The position numbers and the translations under genes were made by a program. The notes below the pieces were generated by a model. That model saw nothing but the letters and a program-made list of their open reading frames with translations. It did not search any database and was not told the origin of the DNA. DNA of 56,101 bases from assembly GCA_037129655.1 (NCBI GenBank), contig JBAXUN010000001.1:1-56101 (forward strand), read 5' to 3'. Of this stretch, positions 32,169 through 42,543 are shown piece by piece (position 1 is the stretch's first letter; the number at the start of each line of letters is the position of its first letter). Source of the stretch: Actinomycetes bacterium (GTDB lineage Bacteria; Actinomycetota; Actinomycetes; S36-B12; CAIYMF01).

Positions 32169-32549
32169 TCAGTCTGTCTGGGCCGCGAGTAATTCGTAGC
32201 GTGGATTCATCATCGTCAGTTGGCCCTCACGCATGATCGGACGACCATGGATCACGAGATGACGACCGGGGGTGATACCCGGGATACGTCGACGTCCGAG
32301 AAAAACGATGTTGATCTGGCCTGTCCCGTCCCACAGATCTGCTTCAACGACTGGCGCACCTTGCACGGGTCGAAGCGTCACGGACTTCAGCAGGCCATGA
32401 AATGTTGACGGTTGGCCAACAACGCAATCCCGGATGGGACGCGCATCATGGTCCACAACTTCAGACTGCAGCCGGTCAGCATCCATCTCGATCGATGGGC
32501 GCAGAATGCGATTCCACCATCGCGGTTCTGAAGTCGAATTCGTCGTCAC
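32169..32549 (-). CDS. OB-fold nucleic acid-binding protein
   Basis: LWDGTG, FLGRRRIPGI and NPRYEL. Confidence 0.82.
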   Translation of the reverse strand: MTTNSTSEPRWWNRILRPSIEMDADRLQSEVVDHDARPIRDCVVGQPSTFHGLLKSVTLRPVQGAPVVEADLWDGTGQINIVFLGRRRIPGITPGRHLVIHGRPIMREGQLTMMNPRYELLAAQTD

Positions 32550-32609
32550 AACGCAAGGCTATCCGTAAGCACCTGCGAACCACCGCATGCACTGGCCCAT
32601 AAGGACCCA

Positions 32610-33332
32610 TCACCTGATTTCAGTGATCTCCGGGCCACGCTCGGGTAACGGCAGAGACGTACGCGACGGCGGCTCGGGATCCGCTGACGTCCCCTCGACG
32701 ACACCGGCGGGCACCTCCTCAGGAAAGCTCAACGGGAGTGGATCACCGGGTGCCATCGGCTCAGCGCCTCGCACCACCACGGTCGAACGTAAGACAGCCT
32801 CGAGTCCAGGGGCCACCTCATGGCCGCCTGCTTCACCACTAATCACGGCTCGCACAAACCAGCGCGGGCCATCGATCCCAAGGAAGCGCACTGGTTGCTC
32901 AACAACAGACCCGTCAGGTGTTGTCACCGAAACAGTTGAGCGCAGTTCGACCCCAAATGATCCGACCACCTCTTCGACGGTTCCAGCGGCGCTGAGCCCC
33001 ACGTGCATCTCACCGCGTACCTCGTCCCAGATTCCGTCGATGCGAGGGGCTGCGAAAGGCATGATCTGCATCGCCGATGAGCCGTCAATCACCGTTACCG
33101 CGACCACGGCCTCGGATGCTTGATCTACTTCGAGGCGGATCTCCATACCCTCGGCACCTGGTACTAGCAGGCTGCCGAGATCCAGACGCGTGACCCCGTC
33201 GTTGGGCATGACACCTGAATCGATGGGCCCAAGGACCTTGACGTCATTGGGCGTAACCCCGCCGTCGTTGAGGCTCGTGCCTTCTTCGGCATTGATGTCT
33301 TCGGCAGACGTTCGGCCACGGCGTCGGAACAC
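32610..33332 (-). CDS. DUF3710 protein
   Basis: RLDLGSLLVP, FAAPR, GIDGPRWFVRAV and VVVRGAEPM. Confidence 0.85.
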   Translation of the reverse strand: MFRRRGRTSAEDINAEEGTSLNDGGVTPNDVKVLGPIDSGVMPNDGVTRLDLGSLLVPGAEGMEIRLEVDQASEAVVAVTVIDGSSAMQIMPFAAPRIDGIWDEVRGEMHVGLSAAGTVEEVVGSFGVELRSTVSVTTPDGSVVEQPVRFLGIDGPRWFVRAVISGEAGGHEVAPGLEAVLRSTVVVRGAEPMAPGDPLPLSFPEEVPAGVVEGTSADPEPPSRTSLPLPERGPEITEIR

Positions 33333-33469
33333 TGGTTACTCCTCGATGGAATCGAATATCTCCAGTCTACGCGGTTGGACATTCACTTCCCGCATACAGG
33401 ACGAGTGATAACGGCAGAGCGTTTGAACCGCGAGAACGTTGAGCGTCGTCGGCCTCGTGAGACGACGTT

Positions 33470-33922
33470 TTACTGTCCCGTTGAGCCGAATCCGCCAGCT
33501 CCACGGTCGGTACCCGGTAGCGATTCCACTTCGTGAAGGACTGCATACTCCACTCGCTGAATCACCAACTGCGCAATCCGATCTCCGCGAGTCAGCACTA
33601 CTGGCTCACGTGGATCAAGATTGATGAGCGACACCGCGATTTCACCACGGTAACCGGCATCGATTGTTCCCGGCGCATTCACAAGTGACACCCCATACTT
33701 CACGGCCAAACCGGAACGCGGATGCAGGAATGCTGCATAGCCAGACGGCAGAGCAATGGCAATTCCTGTGGGCAGCAATACCCTTTCCCCTGGCGGCACG
33801 ATGGCATCGATCGACGTCACCACATCAAGTCCCGCATCACCAGGGTGTGCATAGGAAGGCAGTGGCAGGTCCGAGTCGACCCGCACGATCAGCACGTCAA
33901 CCGCGTTTTCCGCACGCGTCAT
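33470..33922 (-). CDS. dut: dUTP diphosphatase
   Basis: [31 protein letters not shown] and [10 protein letters not shown]. Confidence 0.97.
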   Translation of the reverse strand: MTRAENAVDVLIVRVDSDLPLPSYAHPGDAGLDVVTSIDAIVPPGERVLLPTGIAIALPSGYAAFLHPRSGLAVKYGVSLVNAPGTIDAGYRGEIAVSLINLDPREPVVLTRGDRIAQLVIQRVEYAVLHEVESLPGTDRGAGGFGSTGQ

Positions 33923-34530
33923 GGGTTTACCTCGAGATTTTCTAAGCTGCCACGAACTTCACGATCTTCCTGTGCCCTGATGATGTCTTCGCGACGACCA
34001 TTTTGAGTAAAGTGCTCAATCGGCACCTGGATGAACAGAGCCGCTGCGCTCACGGCGATCGGCCCATCAGGAGCGTTGAGTCGCCCCACCGCACGAGTGA
34101 ACACCTTGCGCCCTTTCACTCCCAGAACTTCCGAGCGAATATGCAACGTTGCACCCACCGGAACGGGGCGCCGGAAATCCACCTCGAGGCGTCCCGTCAC
34201 TGCCGGCGAGGACAGTAGCCAGTTGAGTGCTCCGAGCGCATCATCGATTGCCGTACTCAAGATTCCGCCATGAGCCAAGCCCGGCGCACCCTGATGCATC
34301 TCAGTGACGGTAAAACTGGCCGATAGGGCAAGTCCTTCTTCTGCCACTGCCACCAAATGAAGCCCCGTCGAATGATCCGGACCGCATCCATAACAGCGCG
34401 AGTAGTGGCTGGGAATCATTTCTCCCGGTGCCGGCGCAACGGGGCTTCGCGGAGGCAGGACGGTGTCATCCGGGGGCGTTGTAGGCGAAATCATCCGCGG
34501 GGGAAGCACTGATCCTGAGTCCGAAGTCAC
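33919..34530 (-). CDS. PaaI family (hotdog) thioesterase
   Basis: CYGCG and [11 protein letters not shown]. Overlaps the dut start by 4 bp. Confidence 0.88.
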   Translation of the reverse strand: MTSDSGSVLPPRMISPTTPPDDTVLPPRSPVAPAPGEMIPSHYSRCYGCGPDHSTGLHLVAVAEEGLALSASFTVTEMHQGAPGLAHGGILSTAIDDALGALNWLLSSPAVTGRLEVDFRRPVPVGATLHIRSEVLGVKGRKVFTRAVGRLNAPDGPIAVSAAALFIQVPIEHFTQNGRREDIIRAQEDREVRGSLENLEVNP

Positions 34531-34595
34531 GCCTGCAGCCTATAGGTTCACTCGACGCGCACGACGACAGACGCTAATCGTGGCACGCTAGGCAC

Positions 34596-35156
34596 GTGAG
34601 CGAATCTGACATCGATGCGGCGGTGACGACAATTCGCTATCGCGAACGACTCGTCGCACCGGTCACCGTGTGGCTGATCACCGCAGCGATGACCGCTTCG
34701 CTCGGCGTCGCCTACGGCCACTGGCTCGGAAACAGGCCAGGCGTCGTCGCCTTTGTCATCAGCGAGGGAATCGTCGCCTTCTTACTAGTGACGCGAACAC
34801 CGATCGTGCAGGTTGACGATCATGCCTTCCGTGCGGGAAAGGCCCGACTTCCACTGGAGTTCGTCGGCCGCATCGTTCCACTCGATCGTGATGAGACAGT
34901 CACTGCAAAGGGTGCGGCCGCCGACCCACGCGCTTACCTGTGCAGCCGTGGATGGATTCCCGGAGCGATTCTGGTCGAAGTGACCGACGAAGATGATCCA
35001 CATCCGTACTGGCTCGTTTCTACCCGACGCGGTCACGAACTCGCACTCGTGTTAGCCACGCAACGTGACGCGGTCGCCTACACCGTGACAGCACGTGAAT
35101 CCTCGACGACGGCCATCACTGCTCTAGAGTCGGAACGCAAGACCGGTCAGGGCTGA
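34596..35156 (+). CDS. DUF3093 membrane protein
   Basis: YRERL, two transmembrane helices and DPHPYWLVSTRR. Confidence 0.82.
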   Translation: MSESDIDAAVTTIRYRERLVAPVTVWLITAAMTASLGVAYGHWLGNRPGVVAFVISEGIVAFLLVTRTPIVQVDDHAFRAGKARLPLEFVGRIVPLDRDETVTAKGAAADPRAYLCSRGWIPGAILVEVTDEDDPHPYWLVSTRRGHELALVLATQRDAVAYTVTARESSTTAITALESERKTGQG

Positions 35157-35225
35157 TGGCTTAAACGGTGCATGCATACGCAACCCATGGCAGGCTTACG
35201 ATTGCAAGCGACTGAAGGAGAGATA

Positions 35226-35489
35226 GTGACACTCGAACAAGGTTCCTCATCCACGCAAGACCCGAACATGATTCTCAAGGTAGCGGCACCCATCATCGCC
35301 ATCGGGGCAACCTGGGCCGTACGTAAAGTCATGGAAAAGGGCTACTCGGGTCTGACTGGAAATGCGCCCCCGCGGGCTAACGACCCCGATCAGAAACTGA
35401 CACGAGTGCTTGTGTGGGCAACAGCCACCGCAGCAGCAATCGCCATCGTCGATGTGGTCATTTCACGGACGATGCATAAGGGCAACTAA
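35226..35489 (+). CDS. DUF4235-like small membrane protein
   Basis: TGNAPP...DP...LVWA pattern. GTG 35226 follows AAGGAG. Confidence 0.7.
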   Translation: MTLEQGSSSTQDPNMILKVAAPIIAIGATWAVRKVMEKGYSGLTGNAPPRANDPDQKLTRVLVWATATAAAIAIVDVVISRTMHKGN

Positions 35490-36346
35490 ACGTCGCGAGG
35501 CGACGCGCGCTCTTCGGAGAGCCGGCGAAGATCAACTCGCAACTCACGCGCCATCTTGTCAGTTTCGCCACGATTGACGACTGCGCCAATACCCGCGCCA
35601 ATGAAGAACGGGATAACGGTCCCTAGATTCCGTGCGAATCGGGCGATCATGCGCTTTCCAAGTGTTTGACGACCAGCGATACCGAGCACATTCGGAATCG
35701 TCCACGGTCTCAACGGATCAACGCCTCGTTTACTCGACCACGACCCCGCGAATGCCATTGCCTGCTGAGTTGAGCCGCCGGGTACCTCTATGCCATAGGC
35801 AGCATGAAGTTCAGCGACCAATTTGACCTCGACAAGTGCGACAGCAATTGTCTCGACCACGACCTCGAGAGGTATAGCAAGTAGAAGTGGCACCGCAGTC
35901 CACTCCGCGGCGGCCAGCGCACCTCCGGCCATACCGATGGCAGTTGTCGTTCGCTTTGCATGCGAAACCAGTGCGTCGGAGAGTGCCTCACCGGTGAGCC
36001 CGTTGTAATGCTGAACCAGCGTGGCATGGTCGCGGATCGGGATATGTGGGACGGCGTCGAGCAGAAGTTCTGACAACACTCGGCCACGGCCAACCGCTGA
36101 AGTTCCGAGCTGCTTTGCCCTAGCACCGACCAGCGACGTGAGGTCGAGCATCATCTTTGACTTGTCTTTTTTTGACACCGTCTCGTCGCCAAGCGAGCCA
36201 ACGATCTCGGCGATTTTTTTGGCCTGATCATCACTCATCGGTGGAACCGACACCAGTTCACCGACCGGCTCTACGTCAGAAATTTCAGCACCGTTCACGT
36301 AGGGGCTCTGGCCCCCTACTCCCTGCTCCTGTGGCACTTCACTCAC
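35486..36346 (-). CDS. Conserved hypothetical protein (EcsC-like)
   Basis: 286 aa with HIPIRD, EVKLVAELHAAYG and PFFIGAGIGAVVN. Confidence 0.65.
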   Translation of the reverse strand: MSEVPQEQGVGGQSPYVNGAEISDVEPVGELVSVPPMSDDQAKKIAEIVGSLGDETVSKKDKSKMMLDLTSLVGARAKQLGTSAVGRGRVLSELLLDAVPHIPIRDHATLVQHYNGLTGEALSDALVSHAKRTTTAIGMAGGALAAAEWTAVPLLLAIPLEVVVETIAVALVEVKLVAELHAAYGIEVPGGSTQQAMAFAGSWSSKRGVDPLRPWTIPNVLGIAGRQTLGKRMIARFARNLGTVIPFFIGAGIGAVVNRGETDKMARELRVDLRRLSEERASPRDV

Positions 36347-36377
36347 GCTACGAGGGTACGGGCATAAACGCCCCGAT

Positions 36378-36402
36378 GCTCCGATCGCAATGCGATCGGA
36401 GC
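36378..36402 (-). terminator. Hairpin downstream of the DUF4193 gene
   Basis: GCTCCGATCGCA-A-TGCGATCGGAGC, 7 nt after the stop codon. No U-tract. Confidence 0.6.
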
Positions 36403-36409
36403 CACTCGT

Positions 36410-36709
36410 TTAGTCGCAATCGCGACAAACAGGCTCGCCCTTCAACTCGCGAGACAGTTGGCTGCGGTGCTGCACAAGGAAACATTTCGAACAGGTGAAC
36501 TCATCAGCCTGACGTGGGATAACCCGAACCGTGAGTGACTCATCGCTGAGGTCAGCGCCAGGCAGCTCTAGGTTTTCGGCAAGCTCAACTTCGTCGACGT
36601 CGACACTGGAGGACGTCTTGTTTGCACGCTGAGCCTTCAACTCTTCGAGGGAGTCCTCGGCAAGCTCATCGTCTGTCTTACGTGGTGCGTCGTAATCGGT
36701 AGCCATCAT
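36410..36709 (-). CDS. DUF4193 family protein
   Basis: MATDYDAPRK, ELPGADLS and DEFTCSKCFLV...VCRDC. Confidence 0.92.
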   Translation of the reverse strand: MMATDYDAPRKTDDELAEDSLEELKAQRANKTSSSVDVDEVELAENLELPGADLSDESLTVRVIPRQADEFTCSKCFLVQHRSQLSRELKGEPVCRDCD

Positions 36710-36965
36710 GTCCTCAACTAGGTGGTGCGCTGGTGCCTGCAGCCAAGTCCGAACAGGTTGCAGATCACAGATCTTTCGGTTTCTTGAAGGTTGTTAGCCG
36801 GTGAACGCTCTAGGACGTCAAAATAATCCCTCGGCACAAACAGGCTTTTCCGCCGTTAGTGTGCCTTACGGACGAGTGAATCCGTGCACCAACCCTCCGA
36901 TTTCACCTGAGTAATTCATGTGATGTGATGGAACACACGCAATGTTGCGCTGAGAGGACCACAAA

Positions 36966-37487
36966 ATGCCTATTTACGCCCTTGGTGACCGCGTCCCACA
37001 GATCCACCCGACCGCTTTCATTCACCCTGATGCGGTTGTGATTGGTGATGTCACGATTGGAGCTGAGTCCACAATCTGGCCAAGTGCTGTTCTTCGCGGC
37101 GATCATGGATCAATCACCATTGGCTCGCAAACCTCCATTCAGGATGGCACGGTCATTCACTGCACGGGACAGCATCCAACCACTATTGGAGACCGCTGCG
37201 TTGTCGGCCATAACGCTCATCTTGAGGGCTGTACGGTTGAAGACAACTGCCTCATCGGCTCTGGCAGCGTGATCCTTCACCGTGCACACGTCGGACTCGG
37301 CGCACTTGTTGCGGCTAGTGCCATGGTGCCCAACGACACGCAGATCCCCTCGTACGCGATGGCGCTCGGTGTTCCGTGCAAGATCCGGGAGAACGCAGTG
37401 GAGGCCGGCTCCTTCGATTATGCGGTGGAGTTGTACATCCAAGACGGCCACATGTATCGATCTGAACTACGTCAGCTCAACGACTAA
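36966..37487 (+). CDS. Gamma carbonic anhydrase family / hexapeptide-repeat protein
   Basis: IHPTAFIHPDAVVIGDVTIG, VLRGD and IQDGTVIH. Confidence 0.9.
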   Translation: MPIYALGDRVPQIHPTAFIHPDAVVIGDVTIGAESTIWPSAVLRGDHGSITIGSQTSIQDGTVIHCTGQHPTTIGDRCVVGHNAHLEGCTVEDNCLIGSGSVILHRAHVGLGALVAASAMVPNDTQIPSYAMALGVPCKIRENAVEAGSFDYAVELYIQDGHMYRSELRQLND

Positions 37488-38311
37488 CCGTCGGTATCTG
37501 CGCCGTTGTCGCGCAGTACGTCATGCAGGCCACGGTAAAGGTTAGGTCCAGCGGCGATCACAAGGTCTTCAGATGGGCCGCGCCCATTCAGCCCACCGAA
37601 CACGCCGCCAGCCTCTGTGACAACCAACGCGGCGGCCGCGTAGTCCCACAGGTGAACGCCACGCTCGTAATAGGCGTCAAAACGACCTTCCGCGACGTAA
37701 CACAGGTCGATGCTGCAGGAACCAAGCCGTCGCAGATCACCTACGTAGGGCAAGAGAGCCGAAGTGACGCGCGCCTGCGCAATTCGTCGCTCCTGGGTGT
37801 AGCCATAGCCAGTCCCAACGAGCGAGCCAGTAAGTTCGACCGGATCGTTGACCCGCAGTTCGTGAACACCCCATTGATCATGTTTGTGAGCACCTCGGCC
37901 TCGAACTGCTACGAACGTCTCACCAAGCATGGGTGCCGCGACGACCCCGACAACGCCCACGCCGTCGATCTCTGCAGCTACAGACACTCCCCAGCTAGGT
38001 ATTCCGTAGAGGTAGTTGACGGTGCCATCGATCGGGTCGAGCACCCAACGGACACCATTTGAGCCAACATGCGATGCACCCTCTTCGCCCAACATCCCAT
38101 CGTCTGGTCGCGCCGTCAGGATTCGATCGACTAGCAGTGCTTCAACTCGTCGATCCATCTCCGTGACGATGTCAGTGGCACTGGATTTTGTTCCGGCAAC
38201 TACGACACCCTCACGTCGTCCGTCGGCAGCCAGTACAGCTGCCTCACGGGCCGCCGAGATAGCTACTTCGCGAAGTTCGTCAAGCAAGAGGGAGGAATAC
38301 TCAAGGTCCAT
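37484..38311 (-). CDS. suhB: Inositol monophosphatase family protein
   Basis: LGEE, WVLDPIDGTVNY and WDYAAA. Confidence 0.88.
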   Translation of the reverse strand: MDLEYSSLLLDELREVAISAAREAAVLAADGRREGVVVAGTKSSATDIVTEMDRRVEALLVDRILTARPDDGMLGEEGASHVGSNGVRWVLDPIDGTVNYLYGIPSWGVSVAAEIDGVGVVGVVAAPMLGETFVAVRGRGAHKHDQWGVHELRVNDPVELTGSLVGTGYGYTQERRIAQARVTSALLPYVGDLRRLGSCSIDLCYVAEGRFDAYYERGVHLWDYAAAALVVTEAGGVFGGLNGRGPSEDLVIAAGPNLYRGLHDVLRDNGADTDG

Positions 38312-38353
38312 GATCTGATCCTGCCTTATCTGTGGGCCTTGGTTGTCAGCGCC

Positions 38354-39436
38354 TCACTGCTGCTGACAAAGCGCTGGCTTATCCGCGCGAGGATTCGGAC
38401 AGCAGTTGCGTCCACAAACATCGGGCATGGGACCAAACGACGACAGTGCGCGTGGCTCGACATCCCCAACTCGTTCCTGCACCAGCTCGCGTACCGCGGC
38501 AACGAATCGCGGATCTGTCCCGACTGTGGCGGCGCGACGGGCCGGCAACCCCGACTCACGAGCGTGATCAAGGGCCACCGTGTCGAGGTCCCACACCACC
38601 TCCATGTGGTCACTCACAAAACCGATGGGAACGATCACCACGCCGGCACTACCAGCCGATTTCAAGACGTCAAGGTGATCACTGATATCTGGCTCCAGCC
38701 ATGGAATCTCGGGCGGGCCAGACCGAGACTGATAGACCAGATCCCAGTCGGGATCAATCGTGCGTTCTTGACCTACGCGATGAGCCACGATTCCGGCGAC
38801 AGCCCTATGCTGCGACACATACCCATCTCCGTCCGGGCCAGCCGAAACGGCCGTGGACGTGGGAATTGAATGAGTTGTGAACACGAGGCGAAGGCCGTCA
38901 ATCGATAGGTCATCGATCGACGCCACAATTCCGTCAACGATCGGCTCAATGAACCCTGGGTGATCGAAGTAGTGACGAACCTTGTCGATCGTTGGGGCTG
39001 GTCCTGCGCCGTCTGATTCCACGGCCGCAACAGCCTCTGCGAGATTTTCGCGATACTGACGACAACCTGAGTAGGACGAATAGGCGCTCGTCACAAAGCA
39101 CAGCGCACTGGTGATGCCATCTTTTCGCATCTCGCCGATGGCATCGGCCAGATAGGGATCCCAATTGCGGTTGCCCCAATAGATCGGCAGATCGATGCCG
39201 GCGTCGAGAAATTCACGGGTTAGCGCCGCGATGAACTCGCGATTCTGACCGTTGATGGGTGAGACACCACCGAACGCGGTGTAGTGCGCTCCCACTTCGA
39301 CGAGGCGCTCCCTTGGGATACCGCGACCGCGCGTCACGTTCTCAAGGAACGGCACCACATCGTCAAGTCCCTCCGGCCCACCAAACGAAACGAACAGCAA
39401 TGCGTCATAGGAACCGCGCGGACCAGTCAGTGTCAT
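38354..39436 (-). CDS. hemH: Ferrochelatase (coproporphyrin ferrochelatase)
   Basis: SFGGPE, HSIP, QSRSGPP, WLEPD and [14 protein letters not shown]. Confidence 0.93.
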   Translation of the reverse strand: MTLTGPRGSYDALLFVSFGGPEGLDDVVPFLENVTRGRGIPRERLVEVGAHYTAFGGVSPINGQNREFIAALTREFLDAGIDLPIYWGNRNWDPYLADAIGEMRKDGITSALCFVTSAYSSYSGCRQYRENLAEAVAAVESDGAGPAPTIDKVRHYFDHPGFIEPIVDGIVASIDDLSIDGLRLVFTTHSIPTSTAVSAGPDGDGYVSQHRAVAGIVAHRVGQERTIDPDWDLVYQSRSGPPEIPWLEPDISDHLDVLKSAGSAGVVIVPIGFVSDHMEVVWDLDTVALDHARESGLPARRAATVGTDPRFVAAVRELVQERVGDVEPRALSSFGPMPDVCGRNCCPNPRADKPALCQQQ

Positions 39437-39522
39437 GTCCTGATCCTCGCAATAAGCAGGCTGATGCGCATGTCGGTGACCACGTGGCGGCGCCGAATCG
39501 TTGAAACCGATAGCGTCATCAT

Positions 39523-40737
39523 GTGCTCAGCCCCTATACCGAACTGCTGCGGCTGCCGGGCACCTTAAAGTTCAGCAGTTCTGGATTTGTCGCGCGGCTG
39601 CCCCTGTCGATGCTAGGCCTTGGGTGCATCCTGTTCTTGACCCTTCGGGGTAACTCGTATGCAATCGCCGGCGCAGTTTCAGCCGCGGGCGCTCTAACCA
39701 ACGCCTTCTGCGCACCGGTGCTTTCTCGGTACATAGATCGCTACGGTCAGCATCGCGTTCTTCCGTTTACCGCAACGTTCTCGATTCTGTTCCAGGCGTG
39801 CTTCATCGCACTGGTCCTGCGTGACGCACCGATCTGGTCGTGGTTTCTGGCATGGTGCTTGGGTGAAATGTTCATTGCGAACATTGGATCTTTGATCCGT
39901 GCCCGTTGGGCGTATGTCCTGACTGAGTCAGCTCAGATTCGCACAGCGTTCGCATTCGAATCCGTTGTCGACGAAATCATCTTCATCGCCGGACCACCGA
40001 TCGCCACATTCATTGCACTAGGAATAACCGACTATGCGGCCATCGTTGCGTCGATGCTCCTGCTCGCGATGGGCGCATTTCTACTTGTGCCACAGCGTGC
40101 CACCGAACCACCTAAGTCCACTGTTGCGCACCACGAAGGTGGACCTGCCCTGCTGTTCGCCGGGATGCCGATCGTCGCACTGGTTTTCGTGCTCGTGGGC
40201 GTTGTTTTCGGCGGATTCGAAGTCGGCACGGTTGCCTTCACCCGCGAGTATGGTCAACCTGGAATGACCGGGATCCTGCTAGCTGCCTACTCAGTTGGAT
40301 CCGCAATCGCTGGGCTCATCTTTGGTGCGATACATCTGAAAATGCTGCTCCCCCGGCAATTCATGTGGAGCATGATTGCCCTGGCCATCGCCTGCGTACC
40401 AATGCCGTTCATTCACTCGGTCTTCTTGCTTGGATTCATTGGACTGTTTACCGGCTTCACGGTTTCACCCGTCCTGATAACGGGATCTGCACTGACTGAA
40501 GAACTGGTACCGAGTTCGCGAATGACTGAAGGGCTATCGATTGTTGGTGCGGGCATTGGAGTCGGATTTGCACTCGGCTCGGTGATCTCCGGGGTAATCA
40601 TCGACGCGCACGGAGCGTCTCCAGCCTTTGGTGTGCTCAGCGTTTCGGCAGTAATCGGTGCGGTCATTGTTGTCCTTGGTCGCAGAACACTCGACTCCGC
40701 GTTCAAGACAGCGCGCGACCTGAGATTGGCTGAGTGA
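39523..40737 (+). CDS. MFS transporter
   Basis: About 12 transmembrane helices, DRYGQ motif A-like sequence and [13 protein letters not shown]. Confidence 0.88.
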   Translation: MLSPYTELLRLPGTLKFSSSGFVARLPLSMLGLGCILFLTLRGNSYAIAGAVSAAGALTNAFCAPVLSRYIDRYGQHRVLPFTATFSILFQACFIALVLRDAPIWSWFLAWCLGEMFIANIGSLIRARWAYVLTESAQIRTAFAFESVVDEIIFIAGPPIATFIALGITDYAAIVASMLLLAMGAFLLVPQRATEPPKSTVAHHEGGPALLFAGMPIVALVFVLVGVVFGGFEVGTVAFTREYGQPGMTGILLAAYSVGSAIAGLIFGAIHLKMLLPRQFMWSMIALAIACVPMPFIHSVFLLGFIGLFTGFTVSPVLITGSALTEELVPSSRMTEGLSIVGAGIGVGFALGSVISGVIIDAHGASPAFGVLSVSAVIGAVIVVLGRRTLDSAFKTARDLRLAE

Positions 40738-40850
40738 AGGAAATCCCGCGTTTTTATGCGTGGCGGTACGCCTTTGGGCCAGAGTGAGGGATAAGACTGA
40801 GAGCCGAAAGGGCACGTTGTGCGGCACAGATTGCGGAAGGAGGGGGCCCA

Positions 40851-41810
40851 ATGCGAGAACTGACATTCATTAGCCTTTCCGAGGACGGATCGACACTCTT
40901 ACTGGGTAGCACTGATGGAGCACAATTCAGTGTCCCCCTCGATGAACGCCTGCAATCAGCGGTCCGCCGCGATCGTTTCTCACATGGCGCGCCGGTCGTC
41001 CTCGATGGTGCGAGCCCGCGCGACATCCAGAATCGAATTCGCTTCGGTCAAACCCCGCAGGACATCGAGGCGACGACCGGGCTCGAACTCGAACGCATCC
41101 TGCGATTTGCTGGACCCGTGCTTGCCGAACGAGCTCACATTGCCACTCAGGCGCAAGAGGTCTCACTGCGCGACACTGGCCACGAACGAACCTTGAACAC
41201 GATCGTCACGGATGCACTCATTCTGGGCGGAGCCGATGTCGAAGGCGTCGAATGGGATGCGTGGCGTCGCGACGACACCCGTTGGTCAGTACTTGTTTCG
41301 TGGGAACCTGTCGAACTCGTAGCCGAGGGGGCAACAGCGGCCCTCTTTAGTTTTGATCCTGCCGATCGCACCATCGAATCTGACGACCCGGCAAGCGCGT
41401 GGCTGCTCGGAGAGAGCGTCGACGCCGACATGGTCGTAATCGACGAGTCCGTCAGCCACACGTCGGGGCGGCCTCTACTTGTTGCCGTTCCCGCTAACGA
41501 TGATGTGTGGGATGACGATGCGGTCGATCTCGATCTGTCGGAGACCGCATTCATCGCTCGAGACGAAGCGTTGATGGTGGATTTTGCCCATTTGTCAGAC
41601 GGCCCACCAAGTGAGCCTGCTGACGAGGCACCGTTGGAAGATGTCTATAACACCTTGCCAGGCTTGGAGATACCGCAGAAAACTTCCCGACGTACACCGG
41701 CGCGGCAACCAAGAAAAAACGGTGGCGACGCACAGAAGAACACGCGCTCACGAGCGTCCGTACCAAGCTGGGATGAGATTTTGTTTGGTAAGGGCCAACC
41801 AGACGCATAG
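40851..41810 (+). CDS. sepH: Septation protein SepH (DUF3071)
   Basis: MRELTFISLSEDG, SPRDIQNRIR, RFAGPVLAER, WDAWRRDD and C-terminal RASVPSWDEILFG. Confidence 0.9.
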   Translation: MRELTFISLSEDGSTLLLGSTDGAQFSVPLDERLQSAVRRDRFSHGAPVVLDGASPRDIQNRIRFGQTPQDIEATTGLELERILRFAGPVLAERAHIATQAQEVSLRDTGHERTLNTIVTDALILGGADVEGVEWDAWRRDDTRWSVLVSWEPVELVAEGATAALFSFDPADRTIESDDPASAWLLGESVDADMVVIDESVSHTSGRPLLVAVPANDDVWDDDAVDLDLSETAFIARDEALMVDFAHLSDGPPSEPADEAPLEDVYNTLPGLEIPQKTSRRTPARQPRKNGGDAQKNTRSRASVPSWDEILFGKGQPDA

Positions 41811-41861
41811 TCGCTCGCCAGTAACGATGAAACTGGAAGGTCTCCACGCAGAAAGTTGCCC

Positions 41862-42455
41862 TTAGTCGCGTCGACGTCCAGCGGTCGCTTGGGAGAGCGC
41901 CGCAGAGAACGCCAACACTTGGCCAACAACCACCGCGCCATCGGCCGCCTCAGAAACTCTCAGTGCTAGGTCATCATTGGACGCGGTGCCGGTGTACCCA
42001 TGATCTGCCTCGCAATGTGGATCACCACATGAAGCTGGCTCAAGATCGATGCGACTTACTGCACCCCAGCCGATCGTCAGAACGGCCTCGCGAACCGGTG
42101 TTCCCCGACGATGCGCAGCCGCGTTAGCCGCGACTCTCGTCACCACGACAGAGTCGATCCGCTCGAGTCGGACAGCTTCTGTCGAGGCACTTGCGTACGC
42201 CGTCTCGGACGTTTCATCGGCCGGGTGCTCGTCGGTGTGACCTACGATCAGACGAGTGGGCGTCAGCGCTAGAACAGTGACATGGCGACGCAATTCATCG
42301 TGATCAAACGTCGCCTCGTGATGCACGACGTAAGAAACCACCGGTTCATTCGCCAACGCAGTGTCGAGAGTGTCACTCACCAATTCGGGGTAGTAGCCGC
42401 TGCGCTCAATATCGGCGCGCAGCCGTGGAGCGAGGGTCTCACCAACATCGGTCAT
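41862..42455 (-). CDS. DUF5998 family protein
   Basis: IERSGYYPELV, HEATFD and CGDPHCEADHGYTG. Confidence 0.85.
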   Translation of the reverse strand: MTDVGETLAPRLRADIERSGYYPELVSDTLDTALANEPVVSYVVHHEATFDHDELRRHVTVLALTPTRLIVGHTDEHPADETSETAYASASTEAVRLERIDSVVVTRVAANAAAHRRGTPVREAVLTIGWGAVSRIDLEPASCGDPHCEADHGYTGTASNDDLALRVSEAADGAVVVGQVLAFSAALSQATAGRRRD

Positions 42456-42543
42456 AGGGATATCTTGTCACTTGTTCTGCACTTTATGATCAACACGTCC
42501 TGATATTCACCCTGGCACTAAAAACCGGGACGACCCACCGTGG

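Noticed and set aside
33444-33467. Short 7 bp hairpins after dut and at 54945-54963
   Set aside because: They are too short to distinguish from chance in GC-rich DNA.
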